From NCBI GenBank assembly GCA_965203905.1, contig CBDBDQ010000005.1:1504001-1568000 (forward strand): a stretch of 64,000 nt of DNA, read 5' to 3'. The DNA is from Spirochaetia bacterium (GTDB taxonomy: Bacteria; Spirochaetota; Spirochaetia; SZUA-6; Bin103). Numbering within the stretch: the first letter of the stretch is position 1; every line of letters starts with the position of its first letter. The notes beneath the pieces are model-generated. The model was not told where the DNA came from and did no database searches. It saw only the letters and a program-made list of their open reading frames with translations. Shown piece by piece: positions 1-11,207 of the stretch. A program made the translations under genes and the position numbers.

Positions 1-2
1 CC

Positions 3-713
3 GAGCGGCGCCGCAGCCTGTTCGACCACACCCTGTCGCTGTTCGATCCGATGTTCATCGACGTGCTGCGCCGCTATCGGCGTGCCCTGCGCGGGCGCAA
101 TGCGCTGCTGCGAGCCGCCGACACGGCCCACGTCGAGATCTTCGACCCGGTCCTGGCAGCGGCGGGGGTGGAGATACAGCGGCGCCGGGCGCGGTTGTGT
201 GACGAGTTCAGCGAGGTGTTCTCCGAACTCTGCGCGACGATCGGCGGCATCGCCACCGCGCAGATGGAGTATCGTCCTTCGTGGCGCGGGGTGACGGCGG
301 CGGAGGAGGCGCAGGGGCTGCTGCAGCAGCAGCGGGAACGCGATCTGCAACTGCGCACCACCACCAGTGGGCCGCACCGTGACGACGTGCTGTTCACCAT
401 GGAGCGGGCGCGCTTCGCCGCCCAGGGATCGACCGGCCAGAAGCGGCTGGCATCGCTGGTACTGCGGGTGGCGCAGGCGCAGTTCTTTCAGCGCACCACC
501 GGGCGGCGGCCGATCCTGCTGCTCGACGACGTGCTGCTGGAGCTGGACGCCGGCAAGCGCGAGCGGTTCCTGGAGCAGCTTCCCGCCTACGATCAAGCCT
601 TCTTCACGTTCCTGCCGGATGAACCCCACCAGCGCTACGGCGGCGAGCGCACCCTGAGGCTGGCGGTGGCGGCCGGCAATTTCGCACCATGTACCGAGCC
701 GCTGACCTGCTGA
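3..713 (+). CDS. recF: DNA replication/repair protein RecF (5'-truncated by window edge)
   Basis: Frame open from the window start (ERRRSLFDHTLS). Contains GPHRDD, GSTGQKR and PILLLDDVLLELD, the RecF C-terminal motifs; origin-region context. Confidence 0.93.
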   Translation, partial: ERRRSLFDHTLSLFDPMFIDVLRRYRRALRGRNALLRAADTAHVEIFDPVLAAAGVEIQRRRARLCDEFSEVFSELCATIGGIATAQMEYRPSWRGVTAAEEAQGLLQQQRERDLQLRTTTSGPHRDDVLFTMERARFAAQGSTGQKRLASLVLRVAQAQFFQRTTGRRPILLLDDVLLELDAGKRERFLEQLPAYDQAFFTFLPDEPHQRYGGERTLRLAVAAGNFAPCTEPLTC

Positions 714-1102
714 AGGAGGTACTGGCGCGGGCGGGGGTCGACCCGCAGGCGCCACAGGCGCTGCTCTACCGGTTGTGGGACGAACTGCTGGGTGCGGATC
801 TGGCCGGCAGTGCGTGGCTGCGCGACGTCCGCCGCGGGCGCCTGGAGGTGGAGGTGGACCATCCGGCGCGGCTGCAGCTGGTGCGCATGCGGCAGCGGGA
901 GATCCTGCGGCGCGTGCGCCGGCGGTTCCCGGAGCTGGCGGTGACCGGGCTGCACGTGGTGGTCGCGAGTCGACCCGCGGGCGAGCGCGAGCGCGGCCCC
1001 GCCACCGCGCTCCCCGGCCCGGCTCCGCTGGAGCCGCGGGAGGCGCAGGAGCGGCGTCGCATTGACAAGAGCGGACCTGAATCCGTATACTCGCAGGACT
1101 GA
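689..1102 (+). CDS. DUF721/DciA-family protein
   Basis: Follows recF; LWDELLGADLA...LEVEVDHPA pattern is typical of DUF721. Confidence 0.75.
   Translation: MYRAADLLKEVLARAGVDPQAPQALLYRLWDELLGADLAGSAWLRDVRRGRLEVEVDHPARLQLVRMRQREILRRVRRRFPELAVTGLHVVVASRPAGERERGPATALPGPAPLEPREAQERRRIDKSGPESVYSQD
1062..1091 (+). promoter_or_regulatory. sigma70-type promoter for the rpmH operon
   Basis: TTGACA (1062-1067), 18 bp, TATACT (1086-1091), about 45 nt upstream of rpmH. Confidence 0.7.
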
Positions 1103-1135
1103 ACGGCACCGGCGCCAGCCGGATTCAAGGACCTC

Positions 1136-1291
1136 ATGAAACGTACCTACCAACCAAGTCGCACCCGGCGGCGGCGGCGCTTTGGGTTCCGTGAGCGCAT
1201 GCGTACCCGCAGTGGGCGCCTCATTCTCAAGCGCCGGCGGCGCAAGGGGCGCACCAAGCTCTCGGTTTCCGATGAGAAGAAGCCTTACTGA
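1136..1291 (+). CDS. rpmH: 50S ribosomal protein L34 (not in ORF track)
   Basis: Hand translation [51 protein letters not shown]. Confidence 0.97.
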   Translation: MKRTYQPSRTRRRRRFGFRERMRTRSGRLILKRRRRKGRTKLSVSDEKKPY

Positions 1292-1685
1292 GCGGGAGCG
1301 GGCGCTTGACGCAGCAAGCTCCCGGTCTCGGCTGAACCAGGGCCTTGCCAAAAGGGATCGGGTCACCGACCCGCGCCAGGTGCGGGCGCTCTACCGCGCA
1401 CCCGCGACGCCGCGGCGCAGCGGCCTGCGGGTGTACTTCCAGCCCAACGGCTGCGCCCGCAGCCGCGTGGTGGTGTGCCCGAGCCGTGGATTCGCCAGCG
1501 CGCCGGCGCGCAACCGGCAGCGGCGCCTGGTCCGCGAAGCCTACCGCCTGCTCAAGCATCGCATCACTCCGGGGTATGACCTGCTGCTGCAGGTACGGCC
1601 GCGCCGGCACGAGCTCGGTTTCCGGGCCGCGGGAGGGGTGCTCGCCAGGCTGCTGGGCGATGCCGGGCTGTTGCGCAGTGTGTGA
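1272..1685 (+). CDS. rnpA: Ribonuclease P protein component
   Basis: [14 protein letters not shown] (RNR motif); start MRRSLT overlaps the rpmH end. Confidence 0.9.
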   Translation: MRRSLTERERALDAASSRSRLNQGLAKRDRVTDPRQVRALYRAPATPRRSGLRVYFQPNGCARSRVVVCPSRGFASAPARNRQRRLVREAYRLLKHRITPGYDLLLQVRPRRHELGFRAAGGVLARLLGDAGLLRSV

Positions 1686-1965
1686 TACCCGGACAGACGC
1701 CAGGCGCGGCGCTGCTGCCGGCAGCCTGCTGACGGTGGCGATCCGTCTCTACCAGCAGTTGCTGTCGCCGCTGCTGCCGGCGAGTTGCCGCTACCATCCG
1801 ACGTGCTCGCAGTACACCCTGGAAGCGATCCGCCTCCACGGCGCGGTGCGCGGGATCAGCCTCGGCCTGCGCCGCATCCTGCGTTGCCATCCGTTCCACC
1901 GCGGCGGCTACGACCCGGTGCCGGCGCCGCAGCGCGCTGCTCCCCGCGACACCGGCAAGGGCTGA
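1678..1965 (+). CDS. yidD: Membrane protein insertion efficiency factor YidD
   Basis: [10 protein letters not shown]...[17 protein letters not shown]; start codon approximate. Confidence 0.92.
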   Translation: MCDTRTDARRGAAAGSLLTVAIRLYQQLLSPLLPASCRYHPTCSQYTLEAIRLHGAVRGISLGLRRILRCHPFHRGGYDPVPAPQRAAPRDTGKG

Positions 1966-1978
1966 TCCCGGCACGCAC

Positions 1979-3742
1979 ATGGATCGCAGGACCCTTATCG
2001 CCGTCGGCCTCTCGGTGGTCGTCATCGTCGGCAGCCTGCTGATACAGACGTTCCTGTTTCCCGCGCCGGACGATGCGCTGGGCCTCGGCAGTGCGCCGGC
2101 GACCGAGAGCGGCGAGCCGGCCACGGCCACCGCCGCCAGTGCCGACATCTTCGCCCCGGTCGCCAGCACCGTGAAGGCGTCGGGGGAGGATACGCCGGTG
2201 GGGAGCCGGCTCATCACCAAGGAGACCGACCTGTTCTCGCTGGTGTTCTCCACCGCCGGCGGCGACCTGACCTCGATGCGGCTGAAGCAGCATCACGACG
2301 TGGATGGCACCGATGTGGAACTGGTGTTGCGCCCGGAGCAGCATCATTTCTTCACTATCGCGTTCGGCAGCTTTCGCACCCGGCCGGTGGATGCCGTATT
2401 CAGCTTCCAGGAGATCGACAATTTCACCTGGCGCTTCACGCGCGAGCTGCTGGCCCCCGACGGCGTGCCGTTCACGCTCACCAAGACCTATACGTTTCCG
2501 CCCAACTCCTACCTGTTCGAGCTGGAAATCCAGATCGAGAACAGTGCCAACGAGCTTCCCAACCTGGACTTTCACGGCAGCGCCTATACGCTCGCAATCG
2601 GGCCTCAGATCGGCCCCCCCTACGAGGCTCTCGATGGGCGCAACGAGTTCCGCAACTTCCGCAACTACGAGGACGGCAGGGCGCGCAACCAGAAGATGCG
2701 CCGGGAGCCGGTGCTGGCGGCCACCAAGCGGGTCACCTGGAGCGCCATTACCGGAAAGTATTTCTCCGTGATCGCGGTTCCCGATGCCACCCTGTATACC
2801 ATTACCTACGACAGCCGCAAGGATCCGGAGCTGATCCAGCGCTCCGCCCTCCACTTCAGCCGCCCGCTCATCACCAGCTCCAAGAACGTGGACACGTTCC
2901 GCTTCTACGCCGGTCCGCTCAAGCGCGAGATTCTGAATCGTTACAACGATCCCGCCAACGACCCGTTCGGCATCGGCAACTACCACTTCGAGGAAGCGGC
3001 ACGGACCAATCCCATCATCGGCTGGCTGGCCAACATCCTGCGCTTCTTCCTCGATTTCTTCTATCGCCTCATCCCCAACTACGGGGTGGCGATCATTCTC
3101 CTTACGGTGCTCATCAAGATCCTGTTCTTTCCCCTTACCCAGAAGAGCTTCGAGTCCACCAGCAAGATGTCGATGCTGAGTCCCAAGATCGAGGAACTCA
3201 AGAAGAAGCACCAGGGGAAGCCTGAGAAGTTGAACCAGGAGATGATGGCGCTGTACCGCAAGGAGGGCGTCAACCCGGTGGGCGGCTGCCTCCCGTTGCT
3301 GCTGCAGATGCCGATCTTCTTTGCGCTGTTCGAGCTGCTCAACAACGCCTTCGACCTGCGCGGGGCACCGTTCATCTCGCCGTGGATCGGAGACCTGTCG
3401 GCACCGGAGAGCTTGCTGCCGTTCGGGTTCACCATTCCGCTCCTGAACTGGGACGAGCTGCGCATCCTGCCGTTCCTGATGCTCGGAACGACGCTGCTGC
3501 AGTCGCGCATATCGCAGAACCCCGGTGCCACGCAGACGCAGATGAAGATGATGATGTACGCCATGCCGATCTTCTTCTTCTTCATCCTGTACAGCATGCC
3601 GTCCGGGCTGGTGATCTACTGGACCATGCAGAACGTGCTGTCTATTGCTCAGCAACTCTACATCAACGACCGCCGCCGACGGGCCGGACCGGATCGCGGA
3701 GGGGCGACGGCGGGACGTGGCCCGCGCGGGAAGCCGCGCTAA
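1979..3742 (+). CDS. yidC: Membrane protein insertase YidC
   Basis: N-terminal TM, periplasmic domain, NYGVAIILLT and GGCLPLLLQMPIFFA motifs. Confidence 0.96.
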   Translation: MDRRTLIAVGLSVVVIVGSLLIQTFLFPAPDDALGLGSAPATESGEPATATAASADIFAPVASTVKASGEDTPVGSRLITKETDLFSLVFSTAGGDLTSMRLKQHHDVDGTDVELVLRPEQHHFFTIAFGSFRTRPVDAVFSFQEIDNFTWRFTRELLAPDGVPFTLTKTYTFPPNSYLFELEIQIENSANELPNLDFHGSAYTLAIGPQIGPPYEALDGRNEFRNFRNYEDGRARNQKMRREPVLAATKRVTWSAITGKYFSVIAVPDATLYTITYDSRKDPELIQRSALHFSRPLITSSKNVDTFRFYAGPLKREILNRYNDPANDPFGIGNYHFEEAARTNPIIGWLANILRFFLDFFYRLIPNYGVAIILLTVLIKILFFPLTQKSFESTSKMSMLSPKIEELKKKHQGKPEKLNQEMMALYRKEGVNPVGGCLPLLLQMPIFFALFELLNNAFDLRGAPFISPWIGDLSAPESLLPFGFTIPLLNWDELRILPFLMLGTTLLQSRISQNPGATQTQMKMMMYAMPIFFFFILYSMPSGLVIYWTMQNVLSIAQQLYINDRRRRAGPDRGGATAGRGPRGKPR

Positions 3743-3758
3743 GCAGGAGATGAGTGTT

Positions 3759-4421
3759 ATGGCCGAACGAGAGTATGAGGGTCGCACGGAGGAGGAGGCG
3801 ATCGACAAGGCGATCGAAGCGTTGGGTCTCACCGAAGACGAGATCGACGTGGAGGTGGTAGAGGCGCAGCGACCCGGGTTTCTGAAGGGAGGCAAGGTTC
3901 GGATTCGGGTGCACCTGGCGGACGATGAGGATGCGCTGCCGGAACTGGAACCGGAAACCGAGCTGGAGCGGCAGACCATCGAATTCGTCACCGCGTTGCT
4001 GGAGAAGGCGAGCCTGCCCGCGGATGTCCGCATCGACCATCGCGAAGCCGGGCGGTTGACCCTGGAGATCCTGAGCGACGACCCGGCGATCGTAATCGGC
4101 AAGCACGGCAGCACCCTGGAGTCGCTGCAGTTGATCACCAACATCCACGTCGGCCGGATCAACTCCGAGGGCGAGCCGGTGCGCGTCGTGCTCGATACCG
4201 AGGACTATCGTTACCGCCGCGAGCAGAGCCTCTTGCGGATGGCAAACCGGGTGGCGCACGAGGTCCGCCGGACCGGGCGGCCGCGCCTGCTGGCGCCCCT
4301 GAACCCATTCGAAAGACGCCTCATTCACACCGCGTTGGGAGAGATGGGCGGGGTTTCCACGGAGAGCGAAGGCGACGGTCTGTACAAGCAGATTCGGGTT
4401 TCCTATCACGGCGAGCGCTGA
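3759..4421 (+). CDS. jag: Jag/KhpB/EloR RNA-binding protein (Jag_N, KH, R3H)
   Basis: EGRTEEEAI, VIGKHGSTLESLQ, ERRLIH; AGGAG RBS at 3745. Confidence 0.93.
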   Translation: MAEREYEGRTEEEAIDKAIEALGLTEDEIDVEVVEAQRPGFLKGGKVRIRVHLADDEDALPELEPETELERQTIEFVTALLEKASLPADVRIDHREAGRLTLEILSDDPAIVIGKHGSTLESLQLITNIHVGRINSEGEPVRVVLDTEDYRYRREQSLLRMANRVAHEVRRTGRPRLLAPLNPFERRLIHTALGEMGGVSTESEGDGLYKQIRVSYHGER

Positions 4422-4521
4422 GCCTTCGGCGGCCGCGGGCAGGCCGCGAAGGGAAGCCTTCGAACACCGCAACAGAGTCCGCTTTCGGTCCCGAAACAGG
4501 CTCCGATCAGGCCCGCCGGGG

Positions 4522-4551
4522 TTTACAGCAAATACCCATTCGTGCTATAAT
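4522..4551 (+). promoter_or_regulatory. sigma70 promoter upstream of gyrB with extended -10
   Basis: TTTACA (4522-4527), 18 bp, TATAAT (4546-4551) preceded by TGc. Confidence 0.7.
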
Positions 4552-4735
4552 TATCAGTGTCGGGGGGTTCCCGTAATGTACCATCACCTGGGCAGTTAGC
4601 GTGCCCATAACGGCGCCCTCGAAAGGCTTTGGGCGGGCGCTGAACAGGTGCCGACGGGAGCTGGAGAGGGCAGCGCGGTCGCGCGCTCGAAAAGCGCCGC
4701 CGACGCGGCCGCATTGAGATAAGTGCCGATATTAG

Positions 4736-6679
<1,944 letters not shown>

Positions 6680-6709
6680 TGCGGCGCAGACGATTGCAGG
6701 GGGGCGCGC

Positions 6710-9160
6710 GTGGCTGAGCTCACGGGAAAGGTGATCGAGCGGCCCATCGAGACGGAGGTACGCGAGTCGTACCTGACCTACGCCATGTCGGTCATCGTCA
6801 GCCGGGCGCTGCCCGACGCACGCGACGGCCTCAAACCGGTGCACCGGCGGCTGCTGTACGCCATGGACGACATGGGCCTGCAGCCGAACCGGCCCTACCG
6901 CAAGACCGCGCGCCTGGTGGGGGACGTGCTGGGCAAGTACCACCCCCACGGCGACCAGGCCCTGTACGACGCCCTGGTGCGGCTGGCACAGGACTTCTCG
7001 ATGCGCTACCCGATGGTGGACGGCCAGGGCAACTTCGGCTCGGTGGACGGCGACCCGCCGGCGGCGATGCGCTACACCGAGGCGCGGCTGGCACCGGTGT
7101 CGGAGGCGATGCTGCGCGACATCGGCAAGGACACCGTCGACTTCGTCCCCAACTACGACGACTCGCTCACCGAGCCGTCGGTGCTGCCGGCGGCGTTCCC
7201 CTACCTGCTGGCCAACGGGGCCAGCGGCATCGCCGTCGGCATGGCCACCAACATCCCGCCGCACAACGTGGTGGAGGTGGCGCGCGCCACCCTGGCGCTG
7301 ATCGCCGACCGCAGGCTCACAAACCACGACCTGATGAAGCACGTCATGGCGCCCGATTTCCCCACCGGCGGCATCATCTTCGGCCGCAAGGGGATCGAGG
7401 ACGCCTACACCACCGGCAAGGGCAAGATCGTGGTGCGCGCACGGGTGGCGATCGAGTCGGTGAGCGGCGGCCGCGAGGCGATCATCGTCAGCGAGCTGCC
7501 CTACCAGGTGAACAAGGCCAACCTGATCATCCGCATCGCCGACCTGGTGAAGGAAAAGCGCCTGGACGGGATCGCCGACCTGCGCGACGAGTCGGACCGG
7601 CGCGGCATGCGCATCGTGATCGAGATCAAGCGCGGCATCGATCCCAAGATCGTGCTCAACCGGCTGTTTAACCTGACCCAGCTCCAGGACCCGTTCCACG
7701 TCAACGCGCTGGCGCTGGTGGGCGGCAAGCCGCAGGTGCTGACCCTGCGCGACATGCTGTGGCAGTTCATCCAGCACCGCAGGAAGGTGGTGACCCGGCG
7801 CGCCCGCTTCGACCTGAAGAAGGCCGAGCAGCGCGCCCACATCCTGGAGGGGCTGAAGATCGCCCTCGACAACATCGACGAGGTGGTGCGCATCATCCGC
7901 GCCAGCCGCACGGTGGAGATCGCCCGAAACGGCCTGCGCCAGCGCTTCGAGCTGTCGGTGGCACAGGCGCAGGCGATCCTCGACATGCGCCTGCAGCGCC
8001 TCACCAGCCTGGAAACGCACAAGGTGGAGGAAGAGCTGGCCCAGGTGCGCAAGCTGATCGGCGAGCTGCGCGAGCTGCTGGCGAGCGAGCAGAAGATCCT
8101 GGACGTGGTGAAGAAGGAGACCTCCGAGATCGCCAGGCGCTACGGCGACGACCGCCGTACCGAGATCGTCGAGACCGAGGTCGGGGAATTCAACTACGAG
8201 GACCTGATCGAGGAAGAGGACATGGTGGTGGTGATCTCCAACCGCGGCATCATCAAGCGCATTCCCGCCTCCAGCTACCGGCGCCAGATGCGCGGCGGCA
8301 AGGGCGCGGGCAGCCGCCTGCGCGGCACCGACTTCATCACCCAGATCTTCATCGGCTCCACCCACGACCACGTGCTGTTCATCACCGACGCCGGCCGCGC
8401 CTACTGGCTGAAGGTGCACGAGCTGCCGGACCGCACCCGGCAGACGGTGGGCCAGGACATTCGCGCGCTGCTGCAGATGGAGGACGACGAGGAGGTAACC
8501 GCAATCGTCTCCCTGAGCAAGTTCTCTCGCGAGGACTACCTGTTCATGGCCACCGAGCGCGGGGTGGTCAAGAAGGTGCGCACCAGCGACTTCAGCAACG
8601 CCAAGCGGCGCGGCGTGGTGGCGATCAACCTCGACCCCGGCGAGAACGGCAACGGCCCCGGCGATCACCTGGTCGCCGCGATGCTCACCGACGGCAAGCG
8701 CGACGTGGTGTTGATGGCGGCTTCCGGCAAGGCGCTGCGCTTCGCGGAATCGGAAGTGCGTCCCATGGGGCGCGCCACGCGCGGCGTGCGGGGCATGAAA
8801 TTGTTGCCGGGCGACCGGATCGTGGGCGCGGCCGCCAACGACGACCACCGGCGCATCTTCATCATCAGCGAAGGCGGCTACGGCAAGTACATGGCGTTCG
8901 ACGAGTTGACGCCGCACGGACGGGGCACCATGGGCCAGTTCTGCTACCGCCAGCAGGAGAAGAACGGGCCGGTGGTGCACATGATCGGCAGCTATCCGAA
9001 TGACGACCTGGTGTGCATCACCACCCAGGGACAGGCGGTCAAGCTGTCGCAGCAGGATGTACGCCAGACCGGGCGCAGCGCGGCGGTGGGCGTGCGGATC
9101 GTGCGCCTGCGCGCTGGGGACAGCGTGGTCGGCGTGGCGCGCGTGGCCAAGGAAGAGTAA
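6710..9160 (+). CDS. gyrA: DNA gyrase subunit A
   Basis: YHPHGD, AAMRYTE catalytic Tyr, GyrA-box QMRGGKG, C-terminal pinwheel repeats. Confidence 0.97.
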   Translation: MAELTGKVIERPIETEVRESYLTYAMSVIVSRALPDARDGLKPVHRRLLYAMDDMGLQPNRPYRKTARLVGDVLGKYHPHGDQALYDALVRLAQDFSMRYPMVDGQGNFGSVDGDPPAAMRYTEARLAPVSEAMLRDIGKDTVDFVPNYDDSLTEPSVLPAAFPYLLANGASGIAVGMATNIPPHNVVEVARATLALIADRRLTNHDLMKHVMAPDFPTGGIIFGRKGIEDAYTTGKGKIVVRARVAIESVSGGREAIIVSELPYQVNKANLIIRIADLVKEKRLDGIADLRDESDRRGMRIVIEIKRGIDPKIVLNRLFNLTQLQDPFHVNALALVGGKPQVLTLRDMLWQFIQHRRKVVTRRARFDLKKAEQRAHILEGLKIALDNIDEVVRIIRASRTVEIARNGLRQRFELSVAQAQAILDMRLQRLTSLETHKVEEELAQVRKLIGELRELLASEQKILDVVKKETSEIARRYGDDRRTEIVETEVGEFNYEDLIEEEDMVVVISNRGIIKRIPASSYRRQMRGGKGAGSRLRGTDFITQIFIGSTHDHVLFITDAGRAYWLKVHELPDRTRQTVGQDIRALLQMEDDEEVTAIVSLSKFSREDYLFMATERGVVKKVRTSDFSNAKRRGVVAINLDPGENGNGPGDHLVAAMLTDGKRDVVLMAASGKALRFAESEVRPMGRATRGVRGMKLLPGDRIVGAAANDDHRRIFIISEGGYGKYMAFDELTPHGRGTMGQFCYRQQEKNGPVVHMIGSYPNDDLVCITTQGQAVKLSQQDVRQTGRSAAVGVRIVRLRAGDSVVGVARVAKEE

Positions 9161-9180
9161 AGACGCCGGCCGCGTATGTA

Positions 9181-9217
9181 GAGCGTAATTATTTATATAG
9201 TAAATAAATATATGCTC
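9181..9217. repeat. AT-rich imperfect inverted repeat after gyrA
   Basis: gagcgta-attattta-tatag-taaataa-ata-tatgctc; extremely AT-rich relative to the flanking GC-rich DNA. Confidence 0.55.
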
Positions 9218-9417
9218 AGATAGGGGCTTCGTCGCCTCGGCATCAGCTGGGTCTGTTTGCGGCGGTACGACTACGGGGCAAATTTCCGCCTTCAAGATGG
9301 AAGAGATGTGCCCGCCACACGCGCACGAATTCGTGGATGTTTACGTTGCGACAGGTTTGTCAGTAGAAGGGACGAAAATCCAACGTCAATTGCGAAGTGT
9401 TTAGGATTGAGGAGGGG

Positions 9418-9939
9418 TCAGTTTAGCAGCAGTGCAGCGACAACAGTCACCACTACAGCCCAAACCAGGCCTAAGATGAACCGTCTGGTTCCCTTCCTTC
9501 TCTCGTTCTCTTTGAACGCCAAGTCGGGTACGTGCCTATCGAGATCTTCCACGTCGGCCTTAAGAGCCTGAAACAGGCGGAGGATCTTTTCGAGGTCGAG
9601 GAGGTCGTCGGAACGGCCGTCTTGTAGTAGGGCAGATGCCTCCTCCACTCGTTCCCGTATTTGTGGAATGTTTCGCACCACATCTATGATCGCGATGCCC
9701 CTGTACTCCCATTGGAAACGGTTGATGGTGTCGATGACGAAGATTAGGCCCGCTTCCGCAACGTCGTAGATTGCTCGTTCGCAGTGGTCCTTCGCGCGGA
9801 AGACATGGTGTTTATTTGAAACCGTCCCAGTCTCGTCGATTGCTTGCAGGATATGGAAACCAGCATAACGCAACTCGTTTATGCTCGGGATTGTTACCTC
9901 TCCCGTCAGACGCTCCACTTCTTTCAAAAGGTTCCGCAT
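9418..9939 (-). CDS. Hypothetical helical protein with C-terminal TM anchor (possible 5' frameshift)
   Basis: 173-aa ORF in low-GC insert; PSINELRYAG and HCERAIYD motifs; hydrophobic C-terminus FILGLVWAVVVTVVAALLL. Confidence 0.65.
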   Translation of the reverse strand: MRNLLKEVERLTGEVTIPSINELRYAGFHILQAIDETGTVSNKHHVFRAKDHCERAIYDVAEAGLIFVIDTINRFQWEYRGIAIIDVVRNIPQIRERVEEASALLQDGRSDDLLDLEKILRLFQALKADVEDLDRHVPDLAFKENERRKGTRRFILGLVWAVVVTVVAALLLN

Positions 9940-10007
9940 GCGCGTACAGGTCCCTGACTTGGTGAAGATCGTCAGACTGCATAAGTTGCTGGAAGTAGCG
10001 CGTTCTG

Positions 10008-10238
10008 TTAGTTGGGTTTACGGTTTCGGCTGGTCAAGATTCGTTTGCGACTGGCTTCAATATCCTCTTGAGTGGTATACTGGCCACGGTTCAACCGGAC
10101 GTTTCCGCGAGATAGTCGTATTACAATCCTGCGTTTGATGCCTTTACGCTGAGCTTCGTCCGCGTAGCGCGCAAGTGATGGGGGAGTAGGATCAGGAAGC
10201 AGCCCAAACGCTCGCTTGATTTCCTGAATTACGTTCAT
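10008..10238 (-). CDS. Small basic hypothetical protein
   Basis: MNVIQEIKRAFG...LSRGNVRLNRGQYTTQEDIE; AGGAG upstream; co-oriented with the 9418-9939 ORF. Confidence 0.55.
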   Translation of the reverse strand: MNVIQEIKRAFGLLPDPTPPSLARYADEAQRKGIKRRIVIRLSRGNVRLNRGQYTTQEDIEASRKRILTSRNRKPN

Positions 10239-10542
10239 TTGGGGAATGTGGCTCCTGTATTCAATAGGATAGGGTCCTAAATTTAGCGCCTTTTTCCGAA
10301 TCGGCCAACTGCGTGTCAACCCCTAAGGCCGATTCGTTAAGAAATTTTAACACAGTCGAGGTCTGTAGCGTTGTGGCGGCGGTGCACGAGGTGCCCGTGG
10401 TGTTGCGATTGGGCCGAGTGCTTGAATGGGACGGTATCGTGTAGTACAAGCGTTGATCGGCAAACCGGAGACGCGCCAAGCCGAACAATGTCGCCGGCGC
10501 AGGGTATGGCCACTCGTCTTGGTGGCCTCGCGGACGGAGTGC

Positions 10543-10572
10543 CGTTTCACGGGAAACTTGACGGTGAAACAA
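10543..10572. promoter_or_regulatory. parS-like site, copy 1 of 30-bp direct repeat
   Basis: cGTTTCACGGGAAACttgacgGTGAAACAa versus parS consensus TGTTTCACGTGAAACA; about 640 bp upstream of parA. Confidence 0.75.
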
Positions 10573-10905
10573 AATGGATCAGGCGTCGATGAGGGGATTC
10601 TGGTCGGCATTCTCATCGGCGAAGGACACTTCGGGGGCGACGGCAAGCAGCCGCACGTGACCCTCCGGATGCACGTCGACCACGAGTCGCTGTTTCGCTG
10701 GATCGTCACGCGGTTTGGAGGGCGCCTCTACGGGCCCTACCACCACGGCGGGCGCAACTATTTTCAGTGGATGGCTCGGGGCGCCGTCCTGCGCGAGACG
10801 ATTGTCCCGCTGCTGGACACCTATCTGCACCCGGATCTCGACCGCAGGAGCTACGACCGCTATGTCGCAATGAAGACTCGCTACGGGATCGAGGCGGGCG
10901 GATAG
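10564..10905 (+). CDS. Small single-motif LAGLIDADG-like protein
   Basis: GILVGILIGEGHF resembles the LAGLIDADG helix, followed by beta-strand-like VTLRM and YFQW; GC-typical codon usage from GTG 10564. Confidence 0.7.
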   Translation: MKQNGSGVDEGILVGILIGEGHFGGDGKQPHVTLRMHVDHESLFRWIVTRFGGRLYGPYHHGGRNYFQWMARGAVLRETIVPLLDTYLHPDLDRRSYDRYVAMKTRYGIEAGG

Positions 10906-10906
10906 T

Positions 10907-11034
10907 AGCAGCCGTGGCGCAACACCGGCTGCATTCGAGCGGCGATTGCATCCCGGCTGGCTGCGTTGCTCCGACGCCCTGCCAGCCGGACGCCGTGCCG
11001 CTCTCGGTGCGACGCCAGGTTCCACCCGGCTGCT
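10907..11034. repeat. Long nested imperfect inverted repeat (candidate structured RNA or DNA hairpin)
   Basis: Nested pairs agcagccg/cggctgct, tggcg/cgcca, caccg/cggtg, gagcggc/gccgctc, ccggctggc/gccagccgg. Confidence 0.55.
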
Positions 11035-11108
11035 GACTGCCAGGAGCGGCTGTCGCCATTGGCGACGAAGACCGCACGCGCCATGGTTCGGGAACCGCAA
11101 CGGGGGGA

Positions 11109-11138
11109 CGTTTCACGGGAAACCTGACGGTGAAACAA
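11109..11138. promoter_or_regulatory. parS-like site, copy 2 of 30-bp direct repeat
   Basis: cGTTTCACGGGAAACctgacgGTGAAACAa; 29/30 identical to 10543-10572; 70 bp upstream of parA. Confidence 0.75.
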
Positions 11139-11207
11139 CCGCGGCGCATGATGCCAGGTCCCGGAGAGTTTGCGTAAGACGCCGATTCGGGGCTATGTTA
11201 GTACCGC

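Noticed and set aside
10261-11138. Two minus-strand ORFs both beginning MFHRQVSRET
   Set aside because: The shared N-terminus is just the translation of the parS-like repeat; the remainders are unrelated.
10543-11138. 30-bp direct repeats as a CRISPR array
   Set aside because: Only two copies, 566 bp apart; no cas genes; the sequence matches parS.
10350-11200. Group I intron or intein hosting the LAGLIDADG ORF
   Set aside because: No interrupted host gene, no recognisable P/Q/R/S core sequences and no intein splice motifs.
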